NCBI GenBank assembly: GCA_963977445.1
Contig: CAXBPH010000005.1
Span: 72-64,071 of the forward strand
DNA: 64,000 nt
Origin: an uncultured bacterium
GTDB lineage: Bacteria > Hydrogenedentota > Hydrogenedentia > Hydrogenedentales > JAEUWI01
Direction: 5' to 3'
Shown here: one piece after another, positions 55,457-63,868 of the stretch
How the letters are laid out: every line of letters starts with the position of its first letter
How positions within the stretch are numbered: the first letter of the stretch is position 1
The notes under the pieces: model-generated
Databases searched by the model: none
What the model was told of the DNA's origin: nothing
Seen by the model: the letters and a program-made list of their open reading frames with translations, nothing else
Translations under genes and position numbers: made by a program

Positions 55457-57202
55457 ATGGCGATGAACCTACAACAGCGCAAAAACAATCAGGGTATGGC
55501 CCTCTTGATGGCCTTGTTCTTCATCGGCATCGCCGTACTCGTGGTGGGCGTGCTTATGTCCCGTCTCATGAATCAACGCAAGACCGTCGCCCACTATGAA
55601 GACTATAGCAATGCCTTTCTCGGCCTGGAAGCCGCTATCGCCCGCAGCAAGGTGGAAATCGAAAACGGGGAAGACGGCATTATCGGCATGGATGGCTGGC
55701 AGCCTGTCTACAGAAAAGACAATAAGCTACTCCTGCCTGATTTTGATTCTGACGACGTAACGCCTCAAACCCTGGCTTCCATGGAAGAGGTGGAATTCGC
55801 CGCCTATACGGTGACATGGTCTGGCGATGGTCGTGACAACAACGCAAACGGCCTGGTGGATGATGCCACTGAAGAAGACATGTATACCGTCTATGCGATG
55901 GGACGAAAAGGAGCCGCCACCCGTCGCGCGGAAGTCAACTTTCGCGGCAACAACGTCAACGTCTGGCAAAACGCTGTCTTTGCGGGGCCCGGCGAAGTGG
56001 GCGGATTAATCAGCGGCAGTGTGAATGCCCGGGGCTCGGTTCACATGTTGGGCGACAACTTACTGGGTGGCGTCATCGGGCTGGCTACATTGGGCCTGGG
56101 CGGCACCACAACCATACGCAACAATTACCTGGGCATCCCCAACATCTTTGTCGGGCGTGTCCCTCCCTTGCCACAGACGATTGTCGAAGGTGAGACCGTC
56201 GAGACCCTCGGTGCCACCCTCCGGGCGAAGGGGGGGATTCTCGGACTTTCCGCTACATCGACCTTGGGCGATCCACAAACCATAGGCAATACGGTCAAGG
56301 AGACTCTCGACGCCGTCTTTGTAACGGACGGATGGATCGGTGACGCCGTGATTCCCGATGGAAACCGGGGCGATCCCACCAATGTCTATAGTGATAACGG
56401 TTGGGATGCGCTCTACGATCTGGCCGACAAGGTGGTTTTTCCGCTCCTCGATGGCCCCTGGCGAAATGACCAGACGGGTGCGGAGCTGACCAATCCCGAC
56501 ACGGGTAGTCCGTATAAGCATGAAGAGTACTTTACCGAAGTATTGGTGGGTGATCCCAGCGATCCGCTCGACGGTATCTACACGGGCGATATTGCTATCA
56601 ATACCCAATCGGAGCACTTCTATTGGAACGCGACCACTGGCGAGCAAATGCAGGGCACCCTGCCAGGCACGTCACCGCCTAAGACGGATGACTACATCCT
56701 CTTTGACAAGAACAAGGACGTATTGGAAATCAGTGGTCAGATCGTGATCGACGGCAACTTGAAATTCCAAGGTAAAGGAACACAGAAAACTATCTACTAC
56801 ACCGGAAAAGGTGCCATTCTTGTCACGGGAGATGTACAGATCGATTCCCACCTGCTGAGTGTCAACGACGGGGATCCCACCCAAGGCGAAGGCAGCTTTC
56901 CGGTCAACAATGCCCTCGGCATTATGGCGGGCAAGAAGATTGTCCTTGGTTCCGGCCTCCTGGATCTTATTTTTAGATCCGAGCTGAATATCATGGGCGC
57001 CTTCTACGCGGGAACAAGCATTACCTCGCTGAAGAAAACCAATGTCGCCGGCACCCTGGTTTCTAACTATTTTGACCTGACGCTGAACCCACCGGCGGTC
57101 TATGAAGTACCCGCCCTGGGAAAAAACCTCCCCGAAGGCATGATTGGCGATTACCCTATTACGGCGATTGCCCAGCTATCCTGGAGAGAACTCGATACAT
57201 GA
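55457..57202 (+). CDS. Large GspK/PilX-like protein, paralogue of C1 (C2)
   Basis: NNQG|MALLMALFFIGIAVLVVGVLMS. 581 aa, colinear with C1 (ends ...GDYPITAIAQLSWRELD versus ...GNYPILAVSQVSWRELG). Confidence 0.65.
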   Translation: MAMNLQQRKNNQGMALLMALFFIGIAVLVVGVLMSRLMNQRKTVAHYEDYSNAFLGLEAAIARSKVEIENGEDGIIGMDGWQPVYRKDNKLLLPDFDSDDVTPQTLASMEEVEFAAYTVTWSGDGRDNNANGLVDDATEEDMYTVYAMGRKGAATRRAEVNFRGNNVNVWQNAVFAGPGEVGGLISGSVNARGSVHMLGDNLLGGVIGLATLGLGGTTTIRNNYLGIPNIFVGRVPPLPQTIVEGETVETLGATLRAKGGILGLSATSTLGDPQTIGNTVKETLDAVFVTDGWIGDAVIPDGNRGDPTNVYSDNGWDALYDLADKVVFPLLDGPWRNDQTGAELTNPDTGSPYKHEEYFTEVLVGDPSDPLDGIYTGDIAINTQSEHFYWNATTGEQMQGTLPGTSPPKTDDYILFDKNKDVLEISGQIVIDGNLKFQGKGTQKTIYYTGKGAILVTGDVQIDSHLLSVNDGDPTQGEGSFPVNNALGIMAGKKIVLGSGLLDLIFRSELNIMGAFYAGTSITSLKKTNVAGTLVSNYFDLTLNPPAVYEVPALGKNLPEGMIGDYPITAIAQLSWRELDT

Positions 57203-57771
57203 ATCAGGCCGACGTTGGACGTTGGCTGAAACGCAATTGGCTTATAGTGTCCCTTCTCGTTGCCATTGCTGCGGCCCTGTCCTGGCGCCCCAATGGCCCG
57301 GACACGGAGGCTGTGGAACCCGCGCCTGCATCTGCACCGATCGAGACTACGGAAACAAACGCACCACCACCGCAAGATGTTCTCCAGAAGCAACTGGACG
57401 ACACGCTGCTGCAACAAGAGAAACAACGACAGCTCCGTCACGACGCGAAATCTCAGATTGACGAACATCTGGCCGTGCTGGATACCGGCATCACCCGCGA
57501 CGAATATGCCACCCGCATGTGTGCCCTCGGAAATCTCTACCAGCAGAGAATACTGGATTTCGAAACAGCGGCCACCTACTACGAAGTGCTCCTCGACAAC
57601 TACTCCGATTGGTCTGGTATCAACGGCGTCTACTTTCAATTGATTGCCTGCTACACCCAGTTGGAAGACTTTCCGAGCTTGCGCCTCCTCTATCGCCGTA
57701 TGCTCGAGTTTTTTCCGGAAGATAGTATCGAATATAAGTATGCAGCCACCATGCTGGAAGACCAGCTGTAG
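57199..57771 (+). CDS. Single-TM TPR-like protein, paralogue of D1 (D2)
   Basis: ATGA overlap with C2. TM segment WLIVSLLVAIAAALSW. LGNLYQQRILDFETAATYYEVLLDNYSDW aligns with D1. Confidence 0.6.
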   Translation: MNQADVGRWLKRNWLIVSLLVAIAAALSWRPNGPDTEAVEPAPASAPIETTETNAPPPQDVLQKQLDDTLLQQEKQRQLRHDAKSQIDEHLAVLDTGITRDEYATRMCALGNLYQQRILDFETAATYYEVLLDNYSDWSGINGVYFQLIACYTQLEDFPSLRLLYRRMLEFFPEDSIEYKYAATMLEDQL

Positions 57772-58075
57772 CCTCCCGCCCCCGACATCGCCCAATAGAC
57801 CCACCCCTTCACATTTTTCTCCGCTTCCAATTGTCCGTCAAGAGTTAATTTTAACTTGGGTGCGCCTGCGCATCGCCGGCCGGACAACAACCCGTCGGGC
57901 TCCTTCATCTCACGCACTCCGTCATTGATGAACAAGGATCACCGACAGGAACGGCGATAAGAGTTTGTCTCTTCTGAATTACTTCCATCGCGAAAAATAA
58001 TAATCACTTTACAACCATGCGGTTCTTCCGGGTATATGGGTCACGGCCTATCCAACTTTAATCGTATTGAGTTTG

Positions 58076-58091
58076 TGGCCCGCTTCTTGCT
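58076..58091 (+). promoter_or_regulatory. Sigma-54 (-24/-12) promoter candidate for the PEP-CTERM gene
   Basis: TGGCCCG-CTTC-TTGCT has one mismatch to TGGCACG-N4-TTGCW and exact spacing. It lies about 35 nt upstream of the 58124 start, with GGGAGAGGGG as RBS in between. Confidence 0.6.
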
Positions 58092-58123
58092 TTAGTTCGG
58101 TGCGCTTTGGGAGAGGGGCATAG

Positions 58124-58930
58124 GTGATGAGGATGAAGGCTATGAACGTACGATGGAAACGAACGGGAACGCTCGCATTGATTACGGCCGCATGTTGGAC
58201 ACCAGCATCCACCGCACTGACGATTGTGGGGGGCAGTAATTACTTAACAAGTCGCGCCCCCATCGTTGTGGATCTGACGCCCTTTGGAAACCCCGGCGGC
58301 CTGACCCACATCGAACTGGAAGGCATTCCCGCCGGTCCCGGTGACAGTGATACCATCATACGGCGTCTACACGATGCTTCGTTAAGCCTTCCCGGGGATA
58401 CGGACGTGGTTGATGTTGAGCTGGTCGGACTTTCTCTTCAAAGCGTGAACCCCGTTTCCGTTGGTGGCGAATACTATCAGGTCATGGTCACCCTCAACCC
58501 GATCATGCCAACGCTCGGTCAAATGGAAATCACCCTGGATGACGCGACCCTACCTGCGGGCACCTTTACCGCCTTCTTCGATTTGTTTGTGGAGCTCGCC
58601 CTGGTAGAGCCCTCAAGCCACGCCGTCATCCAACGCCTGGCCGGGTTGCCTGCGCTGCACGTGGAAGGCTCCGGATACTGGACGTCGCGCGCGCCCGACG
58701 GCGCCCTGACTATCATCGGCGCGCCCGGAAGCCCCACCGCAAATACCCACGATCCTCTTTCCTCGGGACTCTTTGATTTCTACATTGAAGACTTCGTTTT
58801 CGACGACGGGACGAATGAAGCCTCGCTAACCTATGCAAAAAACTCTGTCGTCCCGGAACCGGGAACGGCAACACTGCTATGCCTGGGCGCATTGGGTATG
58901 GGCATAAAAAGACGGTGGCATCAGGGGTAA
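58124..58930 (+). CDS. PEP-CTERM sorting-signal protein (secreted, exosortase-type anchor)
   Basis: N-terminal signal peptide. C-terminal VPEPGTATLLCLGALGMGIKRRW is PEP + TM + basic cluster. Confidence 0.8.
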   Translation: MMRMKAMNVRWKRTGTLALITAACWTPASTALTIVGGSNYLTSRAPIVVDLTPFGNPGGLTHIELEGIPAGPGDSDTIIRRLHDASLSLPGDTDVVDVELVGLSLQSVNPVSVGGEYYQVMVTLNPIMPTLGQMEITLDDATLPAGTFTAFFDLFVELALVEPSSHAVIQRLAGLPALHVEGSGYWTSRAPDGALTIIGAPGSPTANTHDPLSSGLFDFYIEDFVFDDGTNEASLTYAKNSVVPEPGTATLLCLGALGMGIKRRWHQG

Positions 58931-59005
58931 AGGAAGCCATCCACCACGTCGAAGCGCCCTTGGGAGGCGCTTTGCACAACGGTGGACCTGATGACACTAT
59001 GGGGT

Positions 59006-59052
59006 AACACCCGCGTGGCTGGTACGCACCATCGCCACGCGGGTGTTCTTTT
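59006..59052 (+). terminator. Rho-independent terminator
   Basis: Perfect 14-bp stem AACACCCGCGTGGC / GCCACGCGGGTGTT followed by CTTTTG. Confidence 0.8.
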
Positions 59053-59233
59053 GTCCTCTCCCAGTCGGGCAAGACAACGGACGTACCCCGTCTATTTCCA
59101 AGAAGGCGCGTATCAACGGACCTTATCGTGGCTTCGTGCAGGATAGTATCCATATACTGAATAGTGGGCCTGGCGAACCAATCGTTCTCAGCACTTGGGA
59201 AAGGTCCTCCCGAAAGATCAGCAACCCGTCTGG

Positions 59234-59266
59234 GTGGCACGGACAAGTCTGCAAGACTTGCCCGTG
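59234..59266. repeat. REP-like imperfect palindrome (family GGCACGGACAAG...CTTGCCCGTG)
   Basis: GTGGCACGGACAAGTCTGCAAGACTTGCCCGTG. The same family occurs at 60790-60824 and, inverted, at 60921-60954. Confidence 0.7.
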
Positions 59267-59343
59267 AAAAGCTCCATAGTTCTTCCCTTTGCCATAGAGA
59301 GAATTCAGAATACTGAGTGCAAATTCACGTTTGATCACCCATA

Positions 59344-59376
59344 CAAAAACCGCGTCCGAAAGAACTCGGACGCGGT
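59344..59376 (-). terminator. Rho-independent terminator of the minus-strand PEP-CTERM gene
   Basis: 11-bp stem ACCGCGTCCGA / TCGGACGCGGT, followed by a T-run on the minus strand. Confidence 0.8.
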
Positions 59377-59406
59377 CGACTAATCTTCAAATTTTCTGCG
59401 GGCGTA

Positions 59407-60030
59407 TTAGGCGCGGATACCACGCTTGCGCATGACCAATCCGACCAGACCAAGACCCAGAAGTGTCATGGTAGCAGGTTCCGGAACGGGCGCATTGGGA
59501 TTATTCGGGTTCTGGGGATCCAGCGTACCAGTGATGCTGATTTCGGAATAGTCCAAAACCCACGCGTCAAACTGATAGAAGGTCCGGATTTCCAGCGTGT
59601 TGGAACCGTTGAGAAGATTCGTGTAGGCGGACAGGTCGAATACATCCTCGTGCGCATAATTCGCGAATCGGATTTCACCGTCCGTGAGGTCGCCAACATA
59701 GCTGCCATCAATGTAGACCTGGCTGGCTACGAAAAGGCCCAGTCCCTGGCCACCACTGAATACGGTCAGCGACGCGCTGGTGATGTTGGTCAGGCCGGAA
59801 AGGTCATAAACGTGGCTCCACGACTGGGTACCGAATACCCACCGGTCAGTAAAGCCTTCGTCGTCTGCCTCGGTAGCAACTTCCCAGGGCCAGAAGAATT
59901 CACCGTCCTGGATACCCGTACCAAAACCATCCTTGTCGCCGTAGAGATCCGTGATAGTCGTAGCCGTTGCCGAAACGGTCAGTATCATGGCAGCAAGGAT
60001 TGTGGAGATAGCGGTACATTTCTTAAGCAT
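59407..60030 (-). CDS. PEP-CTERM sorting-signal protein
   Basis: Signal peptide MLKKCTAISTILAAMILTVSATA. C-terminal VPEPATMTLLGLGLVGLVMRKRGIRA. Confidence 0.8.
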   Translation of the reverse strand: MLKKCTAISTILAAMILTVSATATTITDLYGDKDGFGTGIQDGEFFWPWEVATEADDEGFTDRWVFGTQSWSHVYDLSGLTNITSASLTVFSGGQGLGLFVASQVYIDGSYVGDLTDGEIRFANYAHEDVFDLSAYTNLLNGSNTLEIRTFYQFDAWVLDYSEISITGTLDPQNPNNPNAPVPEPATMTLLGLGLVGLVMRKRGIRA

Positions 60031-60138
60031 TCATTGTTTCCTTCGTGTTCTTAGGTTACTCAACCATTCCACCGGCTCTTGCCGGGAATGGATAGTTTAG
60101 ATTGGGGAGGGTAGTTTCACCCGATGCGAACCGTACAT

Positions 60139-60154
60139 AGCAAGTATCGCGCCT
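60139..60154 (-). promoter_or_regulatory. Possible sigma-54 promoter for the minus-strand PEP-CTERM gene
   Basis: The minus strand reads AGGCGCG-ATAC-TTGCT, with correct GG-N10-GC spacing, a perfect TTGCT and two mismatches in the -24 element. It is about 110 nt upstream of the 60030 start. Confidence 0.35.
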
Positions 60155-60690
60155 AAAATCAATACCCACCAATTCTATTGTAAACCAACACAAAAGGCCC
60201 ACCCAGCCCCGTCGGAATGAATAGAATGTGTCTATCGCTTGATATTATCTTATTCAGTACTGAACAACTAATGATCCGGTATTTATTGTTTTATGAGCTG
60301 GATATTCCCCGTATTTCGGTTTTTTTGCGGTCATGGCACACGAAACATTGAGAATACACCGGAAATAACGAGAAGTGAGGCGTCCTCGACCGAATCCGTC
60401 GTCACGTCCCAGCGAAATACATGCAATTTCCCGTGGGAGACGCCAAATAGTGCCAAAGAAAGAGAGGGCGTACCGATACGCAGATTGCCCCCCGCACAAC
60501 ACGGCAGCCGACCTTAGATCGCCGAAAATCACGGTCAACTTATTAAAGTCACCGTCGATTTGCCCCATAGGCTTCGATATTCAGATTTACTTCCCCCTGG
60601 TGCCCAAAATTCGGTACTTTCTTGTTTTTCCGCAACAATTTATTGGACACAACCTCCACAACAAATTAGCCCCGTATATTTTTCAGCGCC

Positions 60691-61063
60691 GTCATCTCCG
60701 CGTCGTAGATCCGCCGTGGTGGAAACGGGGACTTCCAAAAATAACGTGAGTAGTTAAGGCGACCGTATTGGATTGAAGCGTACGGTGGGGTGCCACGGAC
60801 AAGCCCGCCAGGGTTTGCCCGTGCTGGGACGGGAAGGCTACCCAACCTCGCTAGTGAATTAAATGGTGGCTTGCGTATTGAATAAAGGATTCATATGCAA
60901 TGCTCCGTTCACCAAAATGAGCACGGGCAAGCCCTGAGGGCTTGTCCGTGGCACCCAATAATTCCCGATATGTCAACGGGTACGCCGGCAATGACAACAT
61001 CTTGTAAATTGCCTTGTTGAAAGCTGCCGCCCTTTTGGGAAGTCCCGCCTGCGCGGGAATGAC
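60691..61063. repeat. Nested palindromic elements: an outer inverted REP-like pair enclosing an inner inverted pair of a second REP family
   Basis: Outer arms are GTCATCTCCGCG...GGGGACTTCC (60691-60736) and GGGAAGTCCCGCCTGCGCGGGAATGAC (61037-61063). Inner arms are GTGCCACGGACAAGCCCGCCAGGGTTTGCCCGTGC (60790-60824) and GCACGGGCAAGCCCTGAGGGCTTGTCCGTGGCAC (60921-60954). The left flank 60620-60690 resembles 24310-24378. Confidence 0.75.
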
Positions 61064-61097
61064 ATAGGGTCGACGGTTGCTCCCCCCCCTCCCCGGG

Positions 61098-61976
61098 TTA
61101 CTTACTCTCCAGCGCCGTAGACATGGCCTCGGCAAAGGCTTTCCCCAAGGCCCACTGCCCCGCGGCATTGTAGTGAACCGTGTCATCCGCCAGGCCCATC
61201 CCCTCGGTGGGGACCATAGTGGCCCATTCCCAGGAATCCGAATGGCCCGAGCCATGGTCGAGGTTGGACTGCGAAGCTCGCACGTCGCTGCGATTGGTAA
61301 ATCGCTCCAATGCGGGCTCATGGGGTAAGACCTGACCATAGACCAGCGGGCACAGGTCGGCACCTATATCTTCGAGGAGTCGGAGGTGCCACTGTTTCAG
61401 GCTCGTCGCGTAGGCCCTGGCCGGAATTTCATGCTTGGCATCGGCCTCACCCTGCATCCACAAAATGCCACGCACCCGATAGTCAATGCCTGCGTTTTTG
61501 AGATGAGCAAGGGCAGGGCGCACCACGTTGAGCAAGTTCTGGTGGAGCGTGCCGGCATTGGGGTCGCCGGGCTTCTCTCCGGGATAAAAGGTCTCTCGTC
61601 CTGGCCCCGGAGCCTCTCCCAACCACTTTTGATTGTCCCAGCCCCCATGCAATGGTCGCCCCCCAACGGCATACTTAATGAGATAGATGGATGCTTCCGG
61701 ATGGGCGTTGGTATAGGTGGCAGCGAAGGCCAATTCGGGACCGAAGCGTTCGGGGCGTTTGCCGGTCGGGGTTGTTCCGGGAACATAGTCTTCAAACCCA
61801 TTGCCGGCCCAGAACCGGGCATGGGGAACGGGAGCCCGTTGCGTCTCAGGCAGATCGTCTAGTTGGGCGGCACCTACCATATTGGATTGGCCGGAGAATA
61901 TGAATACGTCTACGGGATCGGCGAAGGTAAAGACGCACAGCATCGTCGTCATCGCAACTATGGTGAGGCGCAGCAT
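61098..61976 (-). CDS. Sialate O-acetylesterase-like (SASA/DUF303, SGNH-type) carbohydrate esterase
   Basis: Start at MLRLTIVAMTTMLCVFTFA (signal peptide). GQSNMVG and WMQGEAD motifs. The longer ORF to 62153 has no support. Confidence 0.75.
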   Translation of the reverse strand: MLRLTIVAMTTMLCVFTFADPVDVFIFSGQSNMVGAAQLDDLPETQRAPVPHARFWAGNGFEDYVPGTTPTGKRPERFGPELAFAATYTNAHPEASIYLIKYAVGGRPLHGGWDNQKWLGEAPGPGRETFYPGEKPGDPNAGTLHQNLLNVVRPALAHLKNAGIDYRVRGILWMQGEADAKHEIPARAYATSLKQWHLRLLEDIGADLCPLVYGQVLPHEPALERFTNRSDVRASQSNLDHGSGHSDSWEWATMVPTEGMGLADDTVHYNAAGQWALGKAFAEAMSTALESK

Positions 61977-62477
61977 GGAGACCCTTTCTGTTTCGTATGG
62001 TGAAACGTAAATGCCCTTCCATTTTATGGGATTCACGACGTAGATTAACAGACAGCGAAAGCCCCCGACTTTACACAATAGATTGGGCAACCGTGTGCTT
62101 TGCAAGACGCCTGCCAGACCGACAGGTGACAACGCTGGGTTCATTTGACACAATGCCTGAGGTGCGCAACAAGATGCCGCACGTGGTAAACGTCCCGAAC
62201 ACCGCGGATTTACAGAAATTCCAACCGGACATCATCGGATTTAAGGCCGAAGATACCCTCCTTTTGGGTGCGTCACTTCGTGAAAGAAAGAGCATTCCCG
62301 TCGACGGCGATTCAGAGGGAAATGTTCGTGTCGATCTTCGCAGCGCGCAGCGGCCGATAACATTGGAATTGCACATTGCCAATCAAGAGAATCTATTCCT
62401 TACGGAGCCGATTTCACTGGAATGATTGCAGGAGGAATTCCAGGAAGTGAGTAGTCTCGTAAAGACTACGCAAAAGC

Positions 62478-62663
62478 TTGCGAAACACTGCTCCCGCCGG
62501 GCCTTTGAGCAGGGTAGGCAACCTCGTGGTGACGGGCTTAGCGCACCGTGTTATGAACGTTGTTCGTCGTCCTTTTTTCGCTGGGGCGGGTGTGGTAGAT
62601 TGCAGTCTTACTCGCATCATCGTGTGCAGTGGTCGTTGTGCGAGGCGCAGAAATAATTTATAG
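62478..62663 (+). pseudogene. Truncated, degenerate 5' fragment of a RAYT-like Y1 transposase gene
   Basis: ...LSRVGNLVVTGLAHRVMNVVRRPFF... parallels LSRVDGVVVPGLPHHITQRDNRH at 63855 onward, and the DNA of 62497-62555 aligns with 63847-63905. The ORF stops after 61 codons. Confidence 0.35.
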
Positions 62664-62713
62664 GGGCCGTCCATGGTTTCTCCAGCGCTCAACAGGTCAT
62701 TTTATAGGAGAAT

Positions 62714-63868
62714 GTGATGTACAACTCTAATAAAGAATCGAGCAACTATATCAGGACTTGGATTGTCGTGATAGGGGTACTCGTTGGCTCTATTGCTACG
62801 GGGTACGCGCAAGATGCAATTGATGAGCGTTTAGACAGCTATATCGATGACATAGAAAGTGGTGTTGAAAGCCGTGGACTGGAGGGCATTTCTGGACTTT
62901 CGGCGTTGCTTCAACCCGAAATAGAGGAACTTCGCGGGCCGCAGAGAAATCCTGGTATCGACCAGTCCCTGGAGGGAATCCTTCCCAGCGTAGTCGAAGC
63001 CGTTTCACATGAGGATAGTAGAGGGATTGCGTTGAACGCACTGGGCTCAATCGCGCAATTAATCGGCCCAGAGCATGCCAAGGCGTACAAGTCCATAGAA
63101 GATCACCTTTTCATGGCGATGACCAACCGGAGTTACGAAGTAAGACATCGGGATACTGCGGGTCTGGCGCTTGAAGGTCTATCGGAATTGCATGAGACCA
63201 CGGTTACTGATATCGCAAATTCAGCAAGGAGTGAGCCCAATCCATCCAAGAGCCTATTTAGTCTTCTGGCGAAGAACTGCAATCGCTATGAGGTCGCGCG
63301 GAAAGCACTGCTCAAACTTTCCAAGGATACTGACAGCCGAAAACGGATGCTCGTCGCGAGAGAATTGGTCTTAACACGGGAACCCGGCGATGCGCTTATA
63401 GAACAATTGGCCAATCTCGCCCAGAGCGATAGCGACGATTCGGTTCGCTTTTCGGCGATCTGGACGCTACGGTCCGGCTATACATTAAGCCCCGAATTGT
63501 CGAGCCGGCTTGTGACCACATTAGCCAAAGTTATTCCAAATACTGCAGAACCGCTCCAGAATAGACAGGCGGCCATCGGCACCCTGTCCAGATTAGTACA
63601 AACGGAACCGAAGTATCTTTCCGTGTTGGCGGAAATATGCCAGGATGAAAGCATCGCTTCTTCACTGAGAGGGGATGCAATTGCCATGCTTCCATGGGCC
63701 TCAAGGTATTCATCCGAAGTTCGACCAATTATTGAAGCGATTGCACAAGATGAAGATAAAATAATACGGGGTGCAGGCGAGCGCGGACTCAAGATCATGG
63801 ATAGAGATTCACGGTATACTCGAGAAACTCCGCTCCCCGGTATGCGCCGGGCCTTTGAGCCGCGTTGA
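62714..63868 (+). CDS. HEAT/ARM-like repeat protein with an N-terminal anchor
   Basis: 384-aa ORF (ATG at 62717). TM segment WIVVIGVLVGSIATGYA. Repeated helical units (DDSVRFSAIWTLRS, DEDKIIRGAGERGL). It looks visibly more AT-rich than its neighbours. Confidence 0.55.
   Translation: MMYNSNKESSNYIRTWIVVIGVLVGSIATGYAQDAIDERLDSYIDDIESGVESRGLEGISGLSALLQPEIEELRGPQRNPGIDQSLEGILPSVVEAVSHEDSRGIALNALGSIAQLIGPEHAKAYKSIEDHLFMAMTNRSYEVRHRDTAGLALEGLSELHETTVTDIANSARSEPNPSKSLFSLLAKNCNRYEVARKALLKLSKDTDSRKRMLVARELVLTREPGDALIEQLANLAQSDSDDSVRFSAIWTLRSGYTLSPELSSRLVTTLAKVIPNTAEPLQNRQAAIGTLSRLVQTEPKYLSVLAEICQDESIASSLRGDAIAMLPWASRYSSEVRPIIEAIAQDEDKIIRGAGERGLKIMDRDSRYTRETPLPGMRRAFEPR

Noticed and set aside
60254-60749. 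ORFs 60254-60568 (-) and 60375-60749 (+) in the 1-kb gap
   Set aside because: They overlap each other, have poor composition and no RBS, and the 3' part of the plus-strand ORF is repeat sequence.
62153-62425. 83-90-aa ORF (MPEVRNKMPHVVNVPNTADLQKF...) between the esterase and the RAYT fragment
   Set aside because: The composition is protein-like and a GAGGTG precedes the second ATG, but I recognise no family and it lies in a repeat-rearranged region. The support is too weak to list it as a feature.
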